From Pseudomonadota bacterium (GTDB lineage Bacteria; Bdellovibrionota_C; UBA2361; OMII01), in assembly GCA_038134595.1 (NCBI GenBank), contig JAYPVM010000001.1:262299-326298 (forward strand): 64,000 nt of DNA. Direction: 5' to 3'. Each line of letters starts with the position of its first letter. Position 1 is the first letter of the stretch. Below the pieces are notes generated by a model. It was not told the DNA's origin and ran no database searches. It saw only the letters and a program-made list of their open reading frames with translations. This document shows, one piece after another, positions 28,415 to 38,539 of this stretch. Made by a program: the position numbers and the translations under genes.

Positions 28415-29003
28415 CATTCACAATGCGCACTTTCTCTTTGGAGCCCCGTCGATGCAGGCGATTCGTCCGCAAGAGTTGCCGGAAATCGCGGTCGCTGGCC
28501 GCTCAAACGTGGGCAAGTCAACGTTTATCAATCGCATAGCGGGACGAAAGCTTGCGCGAGTTAGTGGTACCCCCGGTGCCACGCGGGAGCTTAATTTCTA
28601 TCATTTAGAGGGTGCTTTTAGTGGGGACAAGCGCGACCTGTGTTTAGTCGATATGCCGGGTTTTGGGTATGCGAAACTTTCTCACAAGGAGCGCGAAGCT
28701 ATCTCTAGGCTTGCGGTTCGATTCTTGCGTGATCGCCAAGAATTGCAGGCTGTTATTCTTCTCAATGATTGTAGACGTGAACCACAGGCTGATGAGCTTG
28801 CTATTCAGAAGGTGTGTGCGGAAGAGGGCGTTCATTGTATTATTGTTTTGACAAAGTTTGATAAGCTTAAGCAAAACGAAAAAATGAAACGCCTAAAAGC
28901 CGTGGCGCAGGCGTATCATCTAGAGAAGGATGATGTTTTATTTACAGGCGAAAAGATCTCGAACGACCCCTTATGGGCCCGATTGCAAGCGCTTCTCTTT
29001 TAG
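28395..29003 (+). CDS. engB: Ribosome biogenesis GTPase YihA/YsxC
   Basis: LPEIAVAGRSNVGKST, DMPGFGYA, TKFD. Confidence 0.93.
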   Translation: MGTEKFNIHNAHFLFGAPSMQAIRPQELPEIAVAGRSNVGKSTFINRIAGRKLARVSGTPGATRELNFYHLEGAFSGDKRDLCLVDMPGFGYAKLSHKEREAISRLAVRFLRDRQELQAVILLNDCRREPQADELAIQKVCAEEGVHCIIVLTKFDKLKQNEKMKRLKAVAQAYHLEKDDVLFTGEKISNDPLWARLQALLF

Positions 29004-29050
29004 TGTGCAGTTATCGTAGATACTACTTTAGTTGCGTTTTTATATCGGCG

Positions 29051-29428
29051 CTACTTGATAGGGATCGGCCGGTTGTTTTGGTCGACGGCTACCATAACGA
29101 CCTCGGCGGTGGTAACTTGAATCGTTTGTAGCTGGTCCACGCCTCTTGTCGCTTCAACTTCAATTCGGATGGTAATAGAAGACGTGCCTCGTCTGAGGGT
29201 TTCGCAGTAAAAGCTAACGGCATCTCCCACAAAAACTGGGGCTATAAACTCAACTTCTCGCATTATTTTAGTGACGTATTTTTTGGGGGCTACAGTGCGC
29301 GCATGCTGACCGGCCGCCAAGTCGATAAGACTTAAGATATGTCCCCCGAAGATGCTTCCCATAGCGTTGGTGTCACGGGGCATCATAATGGAGCGGATTG
29401 CGGGGTTTTTTAGGTTTTCAGTGGTCAT
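29051..29428 (-). CDS. Acyl-CoA thioesterase (hotdog fold, YciA-like)
   Basis: MPRDTNAMGSIFGG, FIAPVFVGD. Confidence 0.9.
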   Translation of the reverse strand: MTTENLKNPAIRSIMMPRDTNAMGSIFGGHILSLIDLAAGQHARTVAPKKYVTKIMREVEFIAPVFVGDAVSFYCETLRRGTSSITIRIEVEATRGVDQLQTIQVTTAEVVMVAVDQNNRPIPIK

Positions 29429-29715
29429 AATGGTGTTGAGTGTACGTTATTCTTTAATCTTTGCGTAGAGAAAAATTCCGTCGGGATACTAAGAATCGCT
29501 GAGCAGGACATTTTTTAATAGCCTGTGTTTTGGTAGTGAGGCAGGTCATCACACGCTTGCTATTTGTTTCGATACAGTTCTATGCGGAGTTGCGAATGCC
29601 ATTGATAGAGATGCCATAGATAAAAATTGTCAAAGATAGATCTATGGGGTCATGCGACCGGTGTGTGCCGATATCTATTGTTGATGGTGACGCCATCGTT
29701 TTTTGGGGGGAACAT

Positions 29716-30075
29716 ATGAATCAAGCTGCAAGAGAAACTGAGGGGCAAGATACTGAATTAGAGTTGGACAGAGGATCATCGTTAGATCGGACCACTCCGG
29801 GCGAGTACATTGATAAGGCACTGCATCTCTTGGGCGCACAACTTAAGAGCGTGGCGGGTCTTATCAACGAGCTTGCTCCAGACGAATCAACGATACGCAA
29901 AGAGGCCCTTAGTCGAGCGTCAAAGAGATTAGACACTGCGGGGCAGTACATGCTCGATGAAGACGTTTCGGAAAATGTAACCAGCTATCTAGCACGTCAT
30001 CCTGTTCGTTCACTGGGAGCAAGCTTTGCGATTGGTGTCGTGGCGGCAAATTTGATTCGTTTGATTAGGAGATAA
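29716..30075 (+). CDS. Hypothetical protein, ElaB/DUF883-like C-terminal anchor
   Basis: Ends YLARHPVRSLGASFAIGVVAANLIRLIRR. Confidence 0.7.
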   Translation: MNQAARETEGQDTELELDRGSSLDRTTPGEYIDKALHLLGAQLKSVAGLINELAPDESTIRKEALSRASKRLDTAGQYMLDEDVSENVTSYLARHPVRSLGASFAIGVVAANLIRLIRR

Positions 30076-30079
30076 GAGG

Positions 30080-30487
30080 ATGCTTGATTCGGTGAGAGAG
30101 GATCTAGAATCTACGATCACTCCTCTATTAAAGGAGATTCTTGAAGATGCAAGGCGCCTCGTTCATCAAGAAGCGCAGCTGGTTCGCGTTGAGGTGCAAG
30201 AGGAGGCGCGAGCGGTGCGCACGGTAGTGCTCTGTACGATTATGGGAAGTATCGCCGTTGCGATAGGAAGTGTTTTGGCGGCTTTTACGCTGGTTTATGT
30301 GATTGCGGGCAATTGGTTGCAGGCCCCGCTCTGGGTGAGTTTCGGTGCTGTCGCTGTGCTCGTCTTCGGTGTTGGATTGGGATTTCTTTGGCGAGCAGGT
30401 AGAAAATTGCAGGGTATTCGTACTGGCTCCGAGCAGACGTTGCGGGCGCTACGAGAGGGTTTTGGATGGATGCAGCGAACGATGTAG
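30080..30487 (+). CDS. YqjE / 'phage holin family' two-TM membrane protein
   Basis: LVHQEAQLVRVEV followed by two TM helices. Confidence 0.8.
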   Translation: MLDSVREDLESTITPLLKEILEDARRLVHQEAQLVRVEVQEEARAVRTVVLCTIMGSIAVAIGSVLAAFTLVYVIAGNWLQAPLWVSFGAVAVLVFGVGLGFLWRAGRKLQGIRTGSEQTLRALREGFGWMQRTM

Positions 30488-30891
30488 GGCCTTTATCTGC
30501 TGAGGAGCTTCGGGCAGAGATTCACGAAACAAGTGAGCTTCTCCGAGCCCATTGCGTTACGTTGTGCGCCCATCTCAAAAGGCATCGACAGGCGCTGGTT
30601 GCTACGTTGCCAGATAGAAGTGATATCGCCAGCCGTCCCATCTCTTCGTGTGGTATGGCGTTCTGTTTGGGGGCGCTTGTTGGAGCATTTCGTCTTGATC
30701 GTAGCGCATTCAGATTAGTAGGTAGGGCTTCTCGAAGGCTTCTGATTCGGTCAGCAAAAACCATCCATCCCGTCGGAAATAGCTTTTTAGGTACCTTGTT
30801 ACGGGCAGGTGGGGGAACTCCACCGATTTCTCAGAAGCAAAACGGGCGAGCTGTGGCGGTTGATGAGATTGCATCGACAAAGCAGTTTTAG
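30466..30891 (+). CDS. Hypothetical protein (DUF3618-like), third gene of the trio
   Basis: AEELRAEIHET N-terminus; overlaps the previous gene. Confidence 0.55.
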   Translation: MDAANDVGPLSAEELRAEIHETSELLRAHCVTLCAHLKRHRQALVATLPDRSDIASRPISSCGMAFCLGALVGAFRLDRSAFRLVGRASRRLLIRSAKTIHPVGNSFLGTLLRAGGGTPPISQKQNGRAVAVDEIASTKQF

Positions 30892-31241
30892 GCTGTTGTG
30901 ACTGAGGAGCGCATGTTTTTGAGTAACAAAGACAGGTGCTTAGTTCATTCCATCCTTCTTGCAAAGTGCTGCGTGGTGTACCATGATGGGTCAGAGTCGT
31001 TGGGTACTAGCAAACAGGGATGGCTTTCCTGGGCTTGGCAAGGGATGCGATAGCTATCAGTCGATATTTCCGCCATTTTTTTGGTTCTTTTAAGCCGTTT
31101 ATCCTTGAGCATGATGTGATATTCTTTTATGTCATGGCGCAGTCAACGACTGTGGTAACTTGGCGCACCGTTTTAATTTTCAAGAGAAAAGGTGCACTGT
31201 GTTTAAGAAGCGTGCTGATCAAAAAGTAGTAGTATATCGAT

Positions 31242-33962
31242 ATGTTTGTTTACCTGGCTAAAAAGATATTTGGAACTCGAAACGACCGATTGTTAAAGAT
31301 GCTACGTCCGGTTGTTCTTCGTATAAACGATTTAGAGCGTATCTATGAGCCTATGAGTGACGAAGAGCTTCGCTCTCAGACAGGGCTTTTTAAGGAACGC
31401 TTGTCGCGGGGTGAGGCTTTAGATGATCTCCTTCCTGAGGCGTTCGCTGTTGTTCGAGAGGCTGCTAAACGTGTCGTGGGTATGCGACACTTTGATGTTC
31501 AGCTTATCGGTGGAGCAATTTTGCATAAAAATATGATAGCGGAGATGCGGACGGGAGAGGGAAAGACGTTGGTGGCGACTCTCCCTTCATACCTTAATGC
31601 TCTAACCGGAAGGGGAGTGCACGTTGTTACAGTAAACGACTATTTGGCGCGGCGCGATGCAGAGTGGATGGGTAAGATTCACACCTTTTTAGGGCTGGAG
31701 GTTGGGTGTGTCTACCACGGAATGGACGAAGAGCAGAAAAAAGCTGCCTACCAAGCTGATATAACTTATGGCCAAAACAATGAGTTTGGCTTCGACTTTT
31801 TGCGCGACAATATGAAGTTTTCTGCGGGCGAAAAGGTTCAGCGAGACCATTACTTTGCGATCGTGGATGAGGTGGATTCTATTCTCATCGATGAAGCACG
31901 GACTCCGCTTATTATTTCGGGCCCTGCGGAAGATTCGACCGAGACCTATGTTCAGATAAATAAGATCATTCCACAGCTCGTCAGAGAGAAAGATTTTGAG
32001 ATGGATCTCAAGAGCAAGCAGCCGTCTCTTACAGACGAGGGGATTCGCAAGGCGGAGGGTTTATTAGGTATTGAGAATCTCTATGATCCTACGAATGTAG
32101 AACTGCTTCATCACGTTACCCAAGGCCTTCGAGCGCATAGCAGCTTTGAGCGGGATGTTGATTATGTCGTCCAAGGTGGACAGATAGTAATAGTTGATGA
32201 ATTTACTGGACGGCTCATGCCCGGAAGGCGATGGTCAAATGGATTGCATCAAGCTATTGAAGCTAAGGAAAACGTTCGCGTGCAACGCGAGAATCAAACC
32301 CTTGCTTCCATTACGTTTCAAAATTACTTCCGAATGTATGAAAAACTGGGGGGGATGACAGGTACTGCCGATACTGAGGCGGGAGAATTTAAGGAGATTT
32401 ATGGTTTGGAGGTGGCTGTGATACCGACAAACAAGATGATGGTTCGAAAAGATCATGTTGATGTTGTTTATCGTACCCGTCGTGAAAAGTACGCCGCTGT
32501 TGTTGAAGACATTGAGGAGATCCATGCGAAGGGACAACCCGTTTTGGTTGGTACTGTCAGTATCGATCAGAGCGAAGCCGTAGCGAAAATGCTTCAAGAG
32601 CGAGGTGTCCCGCACAATGTCTTAAATGCAAAACACCATGAGCGAGAAGCTGAAATAATAGCACAAGCTGGTCGATTGGGAGCAGTGACGATATCAACTA
32701 ATATGGCGGGTCGCGGTACCGATATCCTCTTAGGCGGGAATCCGGAGTTTATGGCAGCGGCAGAAACGGGAGTGCGAGATCTCGATGACTCCGAATATCA
32801 GGAGGCACTAGTTCGGTATGAGCAACAATGCTTAGAGGAGCATAGGCAGGTTCTTGATGCCGGTGGTCTCTTTGTAATGGGTACAGAGCGCCACGAATCT
32901 CGTCGAATAGATAATCAGCTTCGAGGACGATCGGGGCGACAGGGAGACCCAGGGGAAACTCGTTTCTATATATCGCTTGAAGATGATCTTATGGTCCGCT
33001 TTCAAGGAGAACGGCTTCAGCAGTTGATGCTTCGTATGGGATGGGAAGAGGGGATGGCACTTGATCACTCGCTCATGAGTAGAACTATCGAGGGAGCTCA
33101 GAAGCGAGTTGAAGCGATGCACTTCGATAGTCGAAAACATGTTACTGAATACGACGATGTCATGAACAAGCAACGACAGGTTATATATAACCTCCGAAGT
33201 CGAGTGCTTAATAATGAGAATATTCGTGAGGAGATATACGAGATTATTGACGATCTTCTCGAGCAGACAGTTCAGCAAAATTGTGATCCACGACAGAAGC
33301 CTGTTGAATGGCCGCTTGATACGCTTGTTGAGCGGTATGAGTTTCTTTTCGGTCGAAAGTTTTCTTTTCCAGAGACGGTAGTGCTCGAACAGCAGGTGTT
33401 ATTTGATACCCTACGAGACTCGGCTCGGAAGGTGTATGAAGAGCACGCTGAGGTGCAAACTCAAAAATTACAGGGATTAAAGGAGATAGGCGTCTCCCCG
33501 CAACTAAATCGGGGCCCTGCTGAGGAGGAGCGCTTTGTCGGTTTTGAGCTTATTGAGCAAGATACGCTTCTAGAAGCGGTTGATCACTTTTGGAGATTGC
33601 ATCTACAAGAAATGGATCACTTGCGAGAGGGTATAGGGCTCCGTGGATACGGTCAGAAAAATCCCCTACATGAATATCAGCGAGAGGGCTTTATTCTGTT
33701 TCAGCATATGCTCATTGAGCTCAAAGAGAACGTTGTGCGAAGGCTTTGTTATCACGATGTGCCACCGGTCGAAGAGGTTTTAAAACACATCGAAGAGGAG
33801 CGGCGAAAGCACGAGGAACGTGAGCAGCAGATGCAGTTAGTCCACGGAAGTGATGTTGTGTCCTCAGATGGGAGCGACGACGAGGAGCAGAAAGCTCCCG
33901 ATGGTGAGCGAGAACGGCGTGAAGCGCAGCGCAAGGCTCGGCGCAAAGCTAATAAGCGATGA
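31242..33962 (+). CDS. secA: Preprotein translocase ATPase SecA
   Basis: MRTGEGKT, DEVDSILIDEART, TNMAGRGTDI, HESRRIDNQLRGRSGRQGD. Confidence 0.98.
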   Translation: MFVYLAKKIFGTRNDRLLKMLRPVVLRINDLERIYEPMSDEELRSQTGLFKERLSRGEALDDLLPEAFAVVREAAKRVVGMRHFDVQLIGGAILHKNMIAEMRTGEGKTLVATLPSYLNALTGRGVHVVTVNDYLARRDAEWMGKIHTFLGLEVGCVYHGMDEEQKKAAYQADITYGQNNEFGFDFLRDNMKFSAGEKVQRDHYFAIVDEVDSILIDEARTPLIISGPAEDSTETYVQINKIIPQLVREKDFEMDLKSKQPSLTDEGIRKAEGLLGIENLYDPTNVELLHHVTQGLRAHSSFERDVDYVVQGGQIVIVDEFTGRLMPGRRWSNGLHQAIEAKENVRVQRENQTLASITFQNYFRMYEKLGGMTGTADTEAGEFKEIYGLEVAVIPTNKMMVRKDHVDVVYRTRREKYAAVVEDIEEIHAKGQPVLVGTVSIDQSEAVAKMLQERGVPHNVLNAKHHEREAEIIAQAGRLGAVTISTNMAGRGTDILLGGNPEFMAAAETGVRDLDDSEYQEALVRYEQQCLEEHRQVLDAGGLFVMGTERHESRRIDNQLRGRSGRQGDPGETRFYISLEDDLMVRFQGERLQQLMLRMGWEEGMALDHSLMSRTIEGAQKRVEAMHFDSRKHVTEYDDVMNKQRQVIYNLRSRVLNNENIREEIYEIIDDLLEQTVQQNCDPRQKPVEWPLDTLVERYEFLFGRKFSFPETVVLEQQVLFDTLRDSARKVYEEHAEVQTQKLQGLKEIGVSPQLNRGPAEEERFVGFELIEQDTLLEAVDHFWRLHLQEMDHLREGIGLRGYGQKNPLHEYQREGFILFQHMLIELKENVVRRLCYHDVPPVEEVLKHIEEERRKHEEREQQMQLVHGSDVVSSDGSDDEEQKAPDGERERREAQRKARRKANKR

Positions 33963-35134
33963 GGCAAGCAGGGCTCTCTGTTTATATTCATGTGCCGTTT
34001 TGTGCCAAAAAGTGCCCGTATTGCGATTTTAACACCTATGCTACCAAATCTATTCCGGAGGCGGATTACGTTGATGCATTGCTTAGCGAGATGCGTTGGC
34101 ATAGAGCGCACACGGTGTTGGACCGCGGACCTGCTTTAACCGTATTTTTCGGTGGAGGTACTCCTTCTTTACTTGCTCCTACATCTATTAAAAAGCTTAT
34201 TAATGAGGTCGCTGTTGTTTTTGGGATTTCGCCTGATGCCGAGATCTCGCTTGAAGCAAATCCATCAGGGATGTCAGAGGCTGTATATCAATCTTTGCTT
34301 GATGCTGGGGTGAATAGACTTAGTTTCGGAGTGCAAAGTTTTGATGAGGCGCAGCTTTCTCTACTTGGTAGAGATCACTCATCTAAGCAGGCGATGCAAG
34401 CAATCAAGGATGCACATCGTGCCGGTTTTAGGCGCATTAGCCTCGATCTTATGTGTGGAGTTCCGGGGCAATTGTGCGATGGATTTGAGCGAGATGTTAC
34501 CGTTGCAACGAGTTTGCCGATTGGACACCTATCGGTTTATGCCTTGTCGATAGAACCGGGAACTCCATTTTTTCAACGCTTTGAAAGGGGGCTTCTCGCT
34601 CTGCCGCCGGAGGATGAAGTGGTATCGATGCTCTCGGTCCTGCCGAAGCGTTTGTATGAATGCGGATTTTCCCGTTATGAAATAAGCAATTATGCACGCC
34701 CAGGGCAAGAAAGTGTGCATAATACAGTGTATTGGGAAGGGAGCGATTATCTGGGATTGGGTGCGGGAGCACACAGTTTCGTTAGGCAGGGGGGTTGCGA
34801 GTATCAGACGGCGCGGCGGTGGAGTAACGTCGCGTTACCTGCGACGTATATGAAGGCAGCAGGAGATGGTTCGATGATTTCCTGGAGGGAGTCTTTGAGT
34901 GAGGATGCACTTTCGTACGAATTTTTCTATCTTGGCCTTCGGATGACTAAGGGGGTTTCTAAGGATGACTTTTGCCAGAGGTTTGGCGCTACAAGGTGGA
35001 GTTTATATGAGGCGACTATCGCGGATCTGATGAAGGAAGGATTGATCGTCGAAGATGGAGATAGATTGTTTTTAAGTGAGCGCGGGATATTGATTTCGGA
35101 TTCGGTCTTTGAGCAGCTTGTTGTGACCCGATAG
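33959..35134 (+). CDS. hemW: Radical SAM heme chaperone HemW
   Basis: YIHVPFCAKKCPYCDFN, GGGTPS, YEISNYA, HNTVYW. Confidence 0.9.
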   Translation: MRQAGLSVYIHVPFCAKKCPYCDFNTYATKSIPEADYVDALLSEMRWHRAHTVLDRGPALTVFFGGGTPSLLAPTSIKKLINEVAVVFGISPDAEISLEANPSGMSEAVYQSLLDAGVNRLSFGVQSFDEAQLSLLGRDHSSKQAMQAIKDAHRAGFRRISLDLMCGVPGQLCDGFERDVTVATSLPIGHLSVYALSIEPGTPFFQRFERGLLALPPEDEVVSMLSVLPKRLYECGFSRYEISNYARPGQESVHNTVYWEGSDYLGLGAGAHSFVRQGGCEYQTARRWSNVALPATYMKAAGDGSMISWRESLSEDALSYEFFYLGLRMTKGVSKDDFCQRFGATRWSLYEATIADLMKEGLIVEDGDRLFLSERGILISDSVFEQLVVTR

Positions 35135-35155
35135 AGTGCGTAGGGTGGATAGAGT

Positions 35156-35656
35156 ATGAAAGTATTCTCAAAGGAAGATATTGAAGCGACACTTCGAGAG
35201 TTGGAGATAGAGTTTCAGTCATTTTCGCACCCGCCGGTATTTACCACGGAGGATGTGGCGTTGTTGGCCAAGCCTCTCCCCGGTGTTGATACCAAGAATC
35301 TTTTTTTGCGGGATGAAAAGAAGCGAAACTATATTTTGTTGTGTGTCCGTGCTGAAACGAGAGTTAATCTAAAAGCGTTGGGTAAGCAGTTAGGCTTTAA
35401 GGGGCTTACCTTCGGATCTGCAGAGGATATGTGGGCGTTGTTGAGGGTAAAGCCGGGAGCTGTTTGTTTGTTTTCTCTTGTTCATGATACGCAGAAGCGG
35501 GTGCAGGCTTACATGGACGATCGAATAGGCAAGGCTGAATTGATGCAAAATCATCCCCTGCAAAACACGGATACTATTGTTTTGCATGCAAGAGATGTGG
35601 TTCTCTTTTGCGAGAAAGCTGGACATTCGGTTCAGTTTGTAGAGATCGAAGTCTAG
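35156..35656 (+). CDS. YbaK/ProX-type aminoacyl-tRNA deacylase
   Basis: HPPVFT, TKNLFLRD, LRVKPGAV, HPLQNTDT. Confidence 0.88.
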   Translation: MKVFSKEDIEATLRELEIEFQSFSHPPVFTTEDVALLAKPLPGVDTKNLFLRDEKKRNYILLCVRAETRVNLKALGKQLGFKGLTFGSAEDMWALLRVKPGAVCLFSLVHDTQKRVQAYMDDRIGKAELMQNHPLQNTDTIVLHARDVVLFCEKAGHSVQFVEIEV

Positions 35657-35720
35657 GAAGATGAGTATATGCAGATACTTAGATGGGCCTTTAGGATTTC
35701 GCCCAAACAACCCAAGAAAG

Positions 35721-35750
35721 TTGACCTCAAGCCCGAAACTTGAGTACACT
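35721..35750 (+). promoter_or_regulatory. Candidate sigma70 promoter of the rpmH operon
   Basis: TTGACC-N18-TACACT. Confidence 0.55.
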
Positions 35751-35899
35751 GTGAGGCCTCATGGGGGGAGACCTGCCAAGGGGAAGATGCGGTTTGTGGG
35801 ATAGAGTTTTTACTCAGTGTTGGAAGCAAATAGCCCCATGCGCAGAGCAGAAGATTTATATTGCAAGAGAGCTAAAACAATAATTAGGTAGTACACGTC

Positions 35900-36061
35900 A
35901 TGAAGCGCACATATCAACCAAGCAACAAGAGCCGCCACTCGACACACGGATTTAGAAAGAGAATGGCGACCAAAGGTGGACGTAAGGTTCTAAATGCTCG
36001 TCGGGCTCGTGGTCGTAAGCAGTTAGTTGTAGCTACGCCTAGAAAGGGGCACTACAAGTAG
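35900..36061 (+). CDS. rpmH: 50S ribosomal protein L34
   Basis: [53 protein letters not shown] (53 aa, below the ORF-track cutoff). Confidence 0.97.
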   Translation: MKRTYQPSNKSRHSTHGFRKRMATKGGRKVLNARRARGRKQLVVATPRKGHYK

Positions 36062-36094
36062 AGTTGTCTGCGGATAGCGATAAGGCAGGCGTAC

Positions 36095-36463
36095 TTGTCA
36101 GATTTACGTTTAAGAAAACGTTTCCGTTTGCGAAAAAAGAGGGAGATTAAACGCTGTCAGAACGGCGGTGTTCGGCTGTACTCAAAGCACTTTGCTGTCT
36201 TTGCGTGCCCATCCTCAAGTGAAGATAGTCGGCTTGCCATTGCCGTAACAAAAAAAATCGAGAAACGAGCGGTTGTAAGAAATAAGATCAAGCGACGGAT
36301 TCGAGAGGTGTTTCGGCTTCATCGAGAAGCGTTTCGAGAACCAACTGATATTGTTGTCGTAGCGCGTCGGGGAATTCAGTCTTGTTGCTACAAAGATTAT
36401 GAGCGGGAGATCCTGGGAGCTCTTCGAGCGAAGGGGTTGTTTGCTGGAAATAGCAAGGATTAG
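36095..36463 (+). CDS. rnpA: Ribonuclease P protein component
   Basis: RLAIAVTKK..AVVRNKIKRRIRE; synteny. Confidence 0.93.
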   Translation: MSDLRLRKRFRLRKKREIKRCQNGGVRLYSKHFAVFACPSSSEDSRLAIAVTKKIEKRAVVRNKIKRRIREVFRLHREAFREPTDIVVVARRGIQSCCYKDYEREILGALRAKGLFAGNSKD

Positions 36464-36472
36464 GGGGCTTTC

Positions 36473-36703
36473 ATGGCGCGTCATAAGCCTGGCTCACTAG
36501 CCGTTGTCGATATCATCCACAGAGCTTACAAGCGTGTTATTTCTCCTCTATTTGGCAACGCCTGCCGTTTTTATCCAAGCTGTTCTGATTACGCGCATGA
36601 AGCGATTGTAAGATATGGATGGTTTCGGGGTGGCTGGCTCGCTGTAAAGCGGCTTGTGAAGTGCCATCCCCGTAACCCTGGAGGGGAAGACCAGGTGCCG
36701 TAA
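36473..36703 (+). CDS. yidD: Membrane protein insertion efficiency factor
   Basis: [17 protein letters not shown]. Confidence 0.93.
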   Translation: MARHKPGSLAVVDIIHRAYKRVISPLFGNACRFYPSCSDYAHEAIVRYGWFRGGWLAVKRLVKCHPRNPGGEDQVP

Positions 36704-36798
36704 TGGGCAACAAATTGCCTAGTTAGACAAGACTTTTGGGCGGGTCTGTAGTAGAAATCAAGTCTCGAGAGGATAAACGGTAATGTGTATTAGAGGGA

Positions 36799-38538
36799 GT
36801 GTATTCCGTGAGCGATAATTCATCTGAATTTAATCAGCGAAGCATGAAGGCCATCATTTTGTGCGTGATGGTGACCATTGTCTATACACAGCTTTTTTTA
36901 GCGCCACAACAGGCGAGGAATACGACGGGCCAAGGCTCAGCCTCGGCAGTAGCTTCAGGGCAGGTTGAACGGTCGGCCCCAGACCCTTCGAAGCAGGCTG
37001 GATTGCCAGTGACCGCGGTGTCCTCAGTAGCTGGCACCACACAAAAACCGACAGTTACTCGGGCGCAATTGGATAGCGCGGAGAAAACTCAGGTAGATGT
37101 AGGTGTGTCAAAGGTCGCAATTTCTCACCTTGGTGCCAGATTGATTCATTATAATCTGAAGAATTATCGGCAAGAGGCAACGAGCGCAGAGCCTCTCGAT
37201 CTTGTGGGCTCGGACGAGCAAGTAGCTGTCTTGCCATTAGGAGTCTATGTCGGCAATAAAAGTGATGCCGATGTTGTATACACGTTAGCTTCGAATGAAA
37301 ACAATATAGCACTTGCGCCAAACGAGAGAAGAACACTTGAATTTCGTGGTGTTTGGAGTGACGGTACTGGAATTACAAAGCGGATTACATTTACAGGGGG
37401 AAGCTACCTCTTTAGTGTCGATGTCGCATTGGATAAACCTGCAGTAAATGGCCAAACAGTTTGGGTGGAATGGAGTCATCTTTACCCGAGTGAAATCGAA
37501 GATGAGCTCCGGATAAAGCACGTAATAACGCTTCTTGATGGTGAAAACAAAATTGATCACCTACAGGTTCCGAGTATTGGCCAGGGTATTAAGACCTATG
37601 GTGCTGGTAAATGGGTGGCGTTGGGAGATACGTATTTTGCAAGTATTCTTATTCCAGACTCTATTGGTGCCAACACCGCGGTAGGACGAGCTGATGATCT
37701 GTTTTATGGTCGCGTTGCCGGCGGGGCTCAGGGTGGATCGTTTCACGCATATGTGGGGCCAAAAGATTACAAGTTGTTAGCATCGCAAGGAACGTATCAA
37801 CTGGAACGTTCGATTGATTTGGGTTGGTTTTCATTTCTTGCCCTCCCTCTGCTGTGGCTTCTGCACGCACTTTATGGCCTTCTTGGCAATTACGGGGTTG
37901 CTATCATCGCACTTACCCTGCTTGTAAAAGCTGTTATGTTGCCGCTTTCAAAGGCTAGTTTTAGCTCGGCGCGAAAGATGCAAGAGCTTCAGCCCGAGAT
38001 AAAAGCATTACGCGAGCGGATTAAAGATCCCACTCAGCTTAATCAAGAGATGTTTAGCCTCTATAAGCGAAAGGGAGTCAATCCGATGGGAGGATGCTTC
38101 CCAATGTTGATTCAGATTCCAGTTTTTCTGGGGCTATATAACGCGCTCCTCAATGCCATTGAACTCAGGCACGCTCCATTTGCTTTGTGGATTACCGATC
38201 TGTCGGCCCCTGAGTCACTTGAGATTCTTGGTGTCGGTGTTCCTGTAATGGTGCTTCTGATGGCAGTGAGTATGGTGTATCAGACGTGGACAACTCCGAA
38301 TCCATCGGCAGATCCGAATCAACAGAAGATGATGATGATTATGCCACTCGTATTTGCGGGGATGTTTATCGTGTTCCCTATGCCTGCAGGGCTTGTTCTG
38401 TACTGGTTGGTAAACAATATTATTTCTATCATTCAACAGCTGTACATGAGAAGTGCTGAGAAGGGTTCTGTATATGTAGGCACCGCAGTTGCCAGTGCTG
38501 TAATTTTTGGTGTCGGTGTAGTACTTACCTTAGTTTGA
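36799..38538 (+). CDS. yidC: Membrane protein insertase YidC
   Basis: YVGPK, IDLGWF, GNYGVAII, NPMGGCFPMLIQIP, WITDLSAP, LYWLVNN. Confidence 0.96.
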   Translation: MYSVSDNSSEFNQRSMKAIILCVMVTIVYTQLFLAPQQARNTTGQGSASAVASGQVERSAPDPSKQAGLPVTAVSSVAGTTQKPTVTRAQLDSAEKTQVDVGVSKVAISHLGARLIHYNLKNYRQEATSAEPLDLVGSDEQVAVLPLGVYVGNKSDADVVYTLASNENNIALAPNERRTLEFRGVWSDGTGITKRITFTGGSYLFSVDVALDKPAVNGQTVWVEWSHLYPSEIEDELRIKHVITLLDGENKIDHLQVPSIGQGIKTYGAGKWVALGDTYFASILIPDSIGANTAVGRADDLFYGRVAGGAQGGSFHAYVGPKDYKLLASQGTYQLERSIDLGWFSFLALPLLWLLHALYGLLGNYGVAIIALTLLVKAVMLPLSKASFSSARKMQELQPEIKALRERIKDPTQLNQEMFSLYKRKGVNPMGGCFPMLIQIPVFLGLYNALLNAIELRHAPFALWITDLSAPESLEILGVGVPVMVLLMAVSMVYQTWTTPNPSADPNQQKMMMIMPLVFAGMFIVFPMPAGLVLYWLVNNIISIIQQLYMRSAEKGSVYVGTAVASAVIFGVGVVLTLV

Positions 38539-38539
38539 T

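Noticed and set aside
29716..30891. Prophage lysis cassette suggested by the 'holin family' gene
   Set aside because: It matches the common chromosomal ElaB/YqjE-type trio; no endolysin or other phage genes.
31020..31229. SecM-like arrest uORF before secA
   Set aside because: No signal peptide or recognisable arrest motif; coding status unsupported.
35657..35899. oriC next to rpmH
   Set aside because: No dnaA and no DnaA-box cluster; the G/T strand bias appears unchanged across the window.
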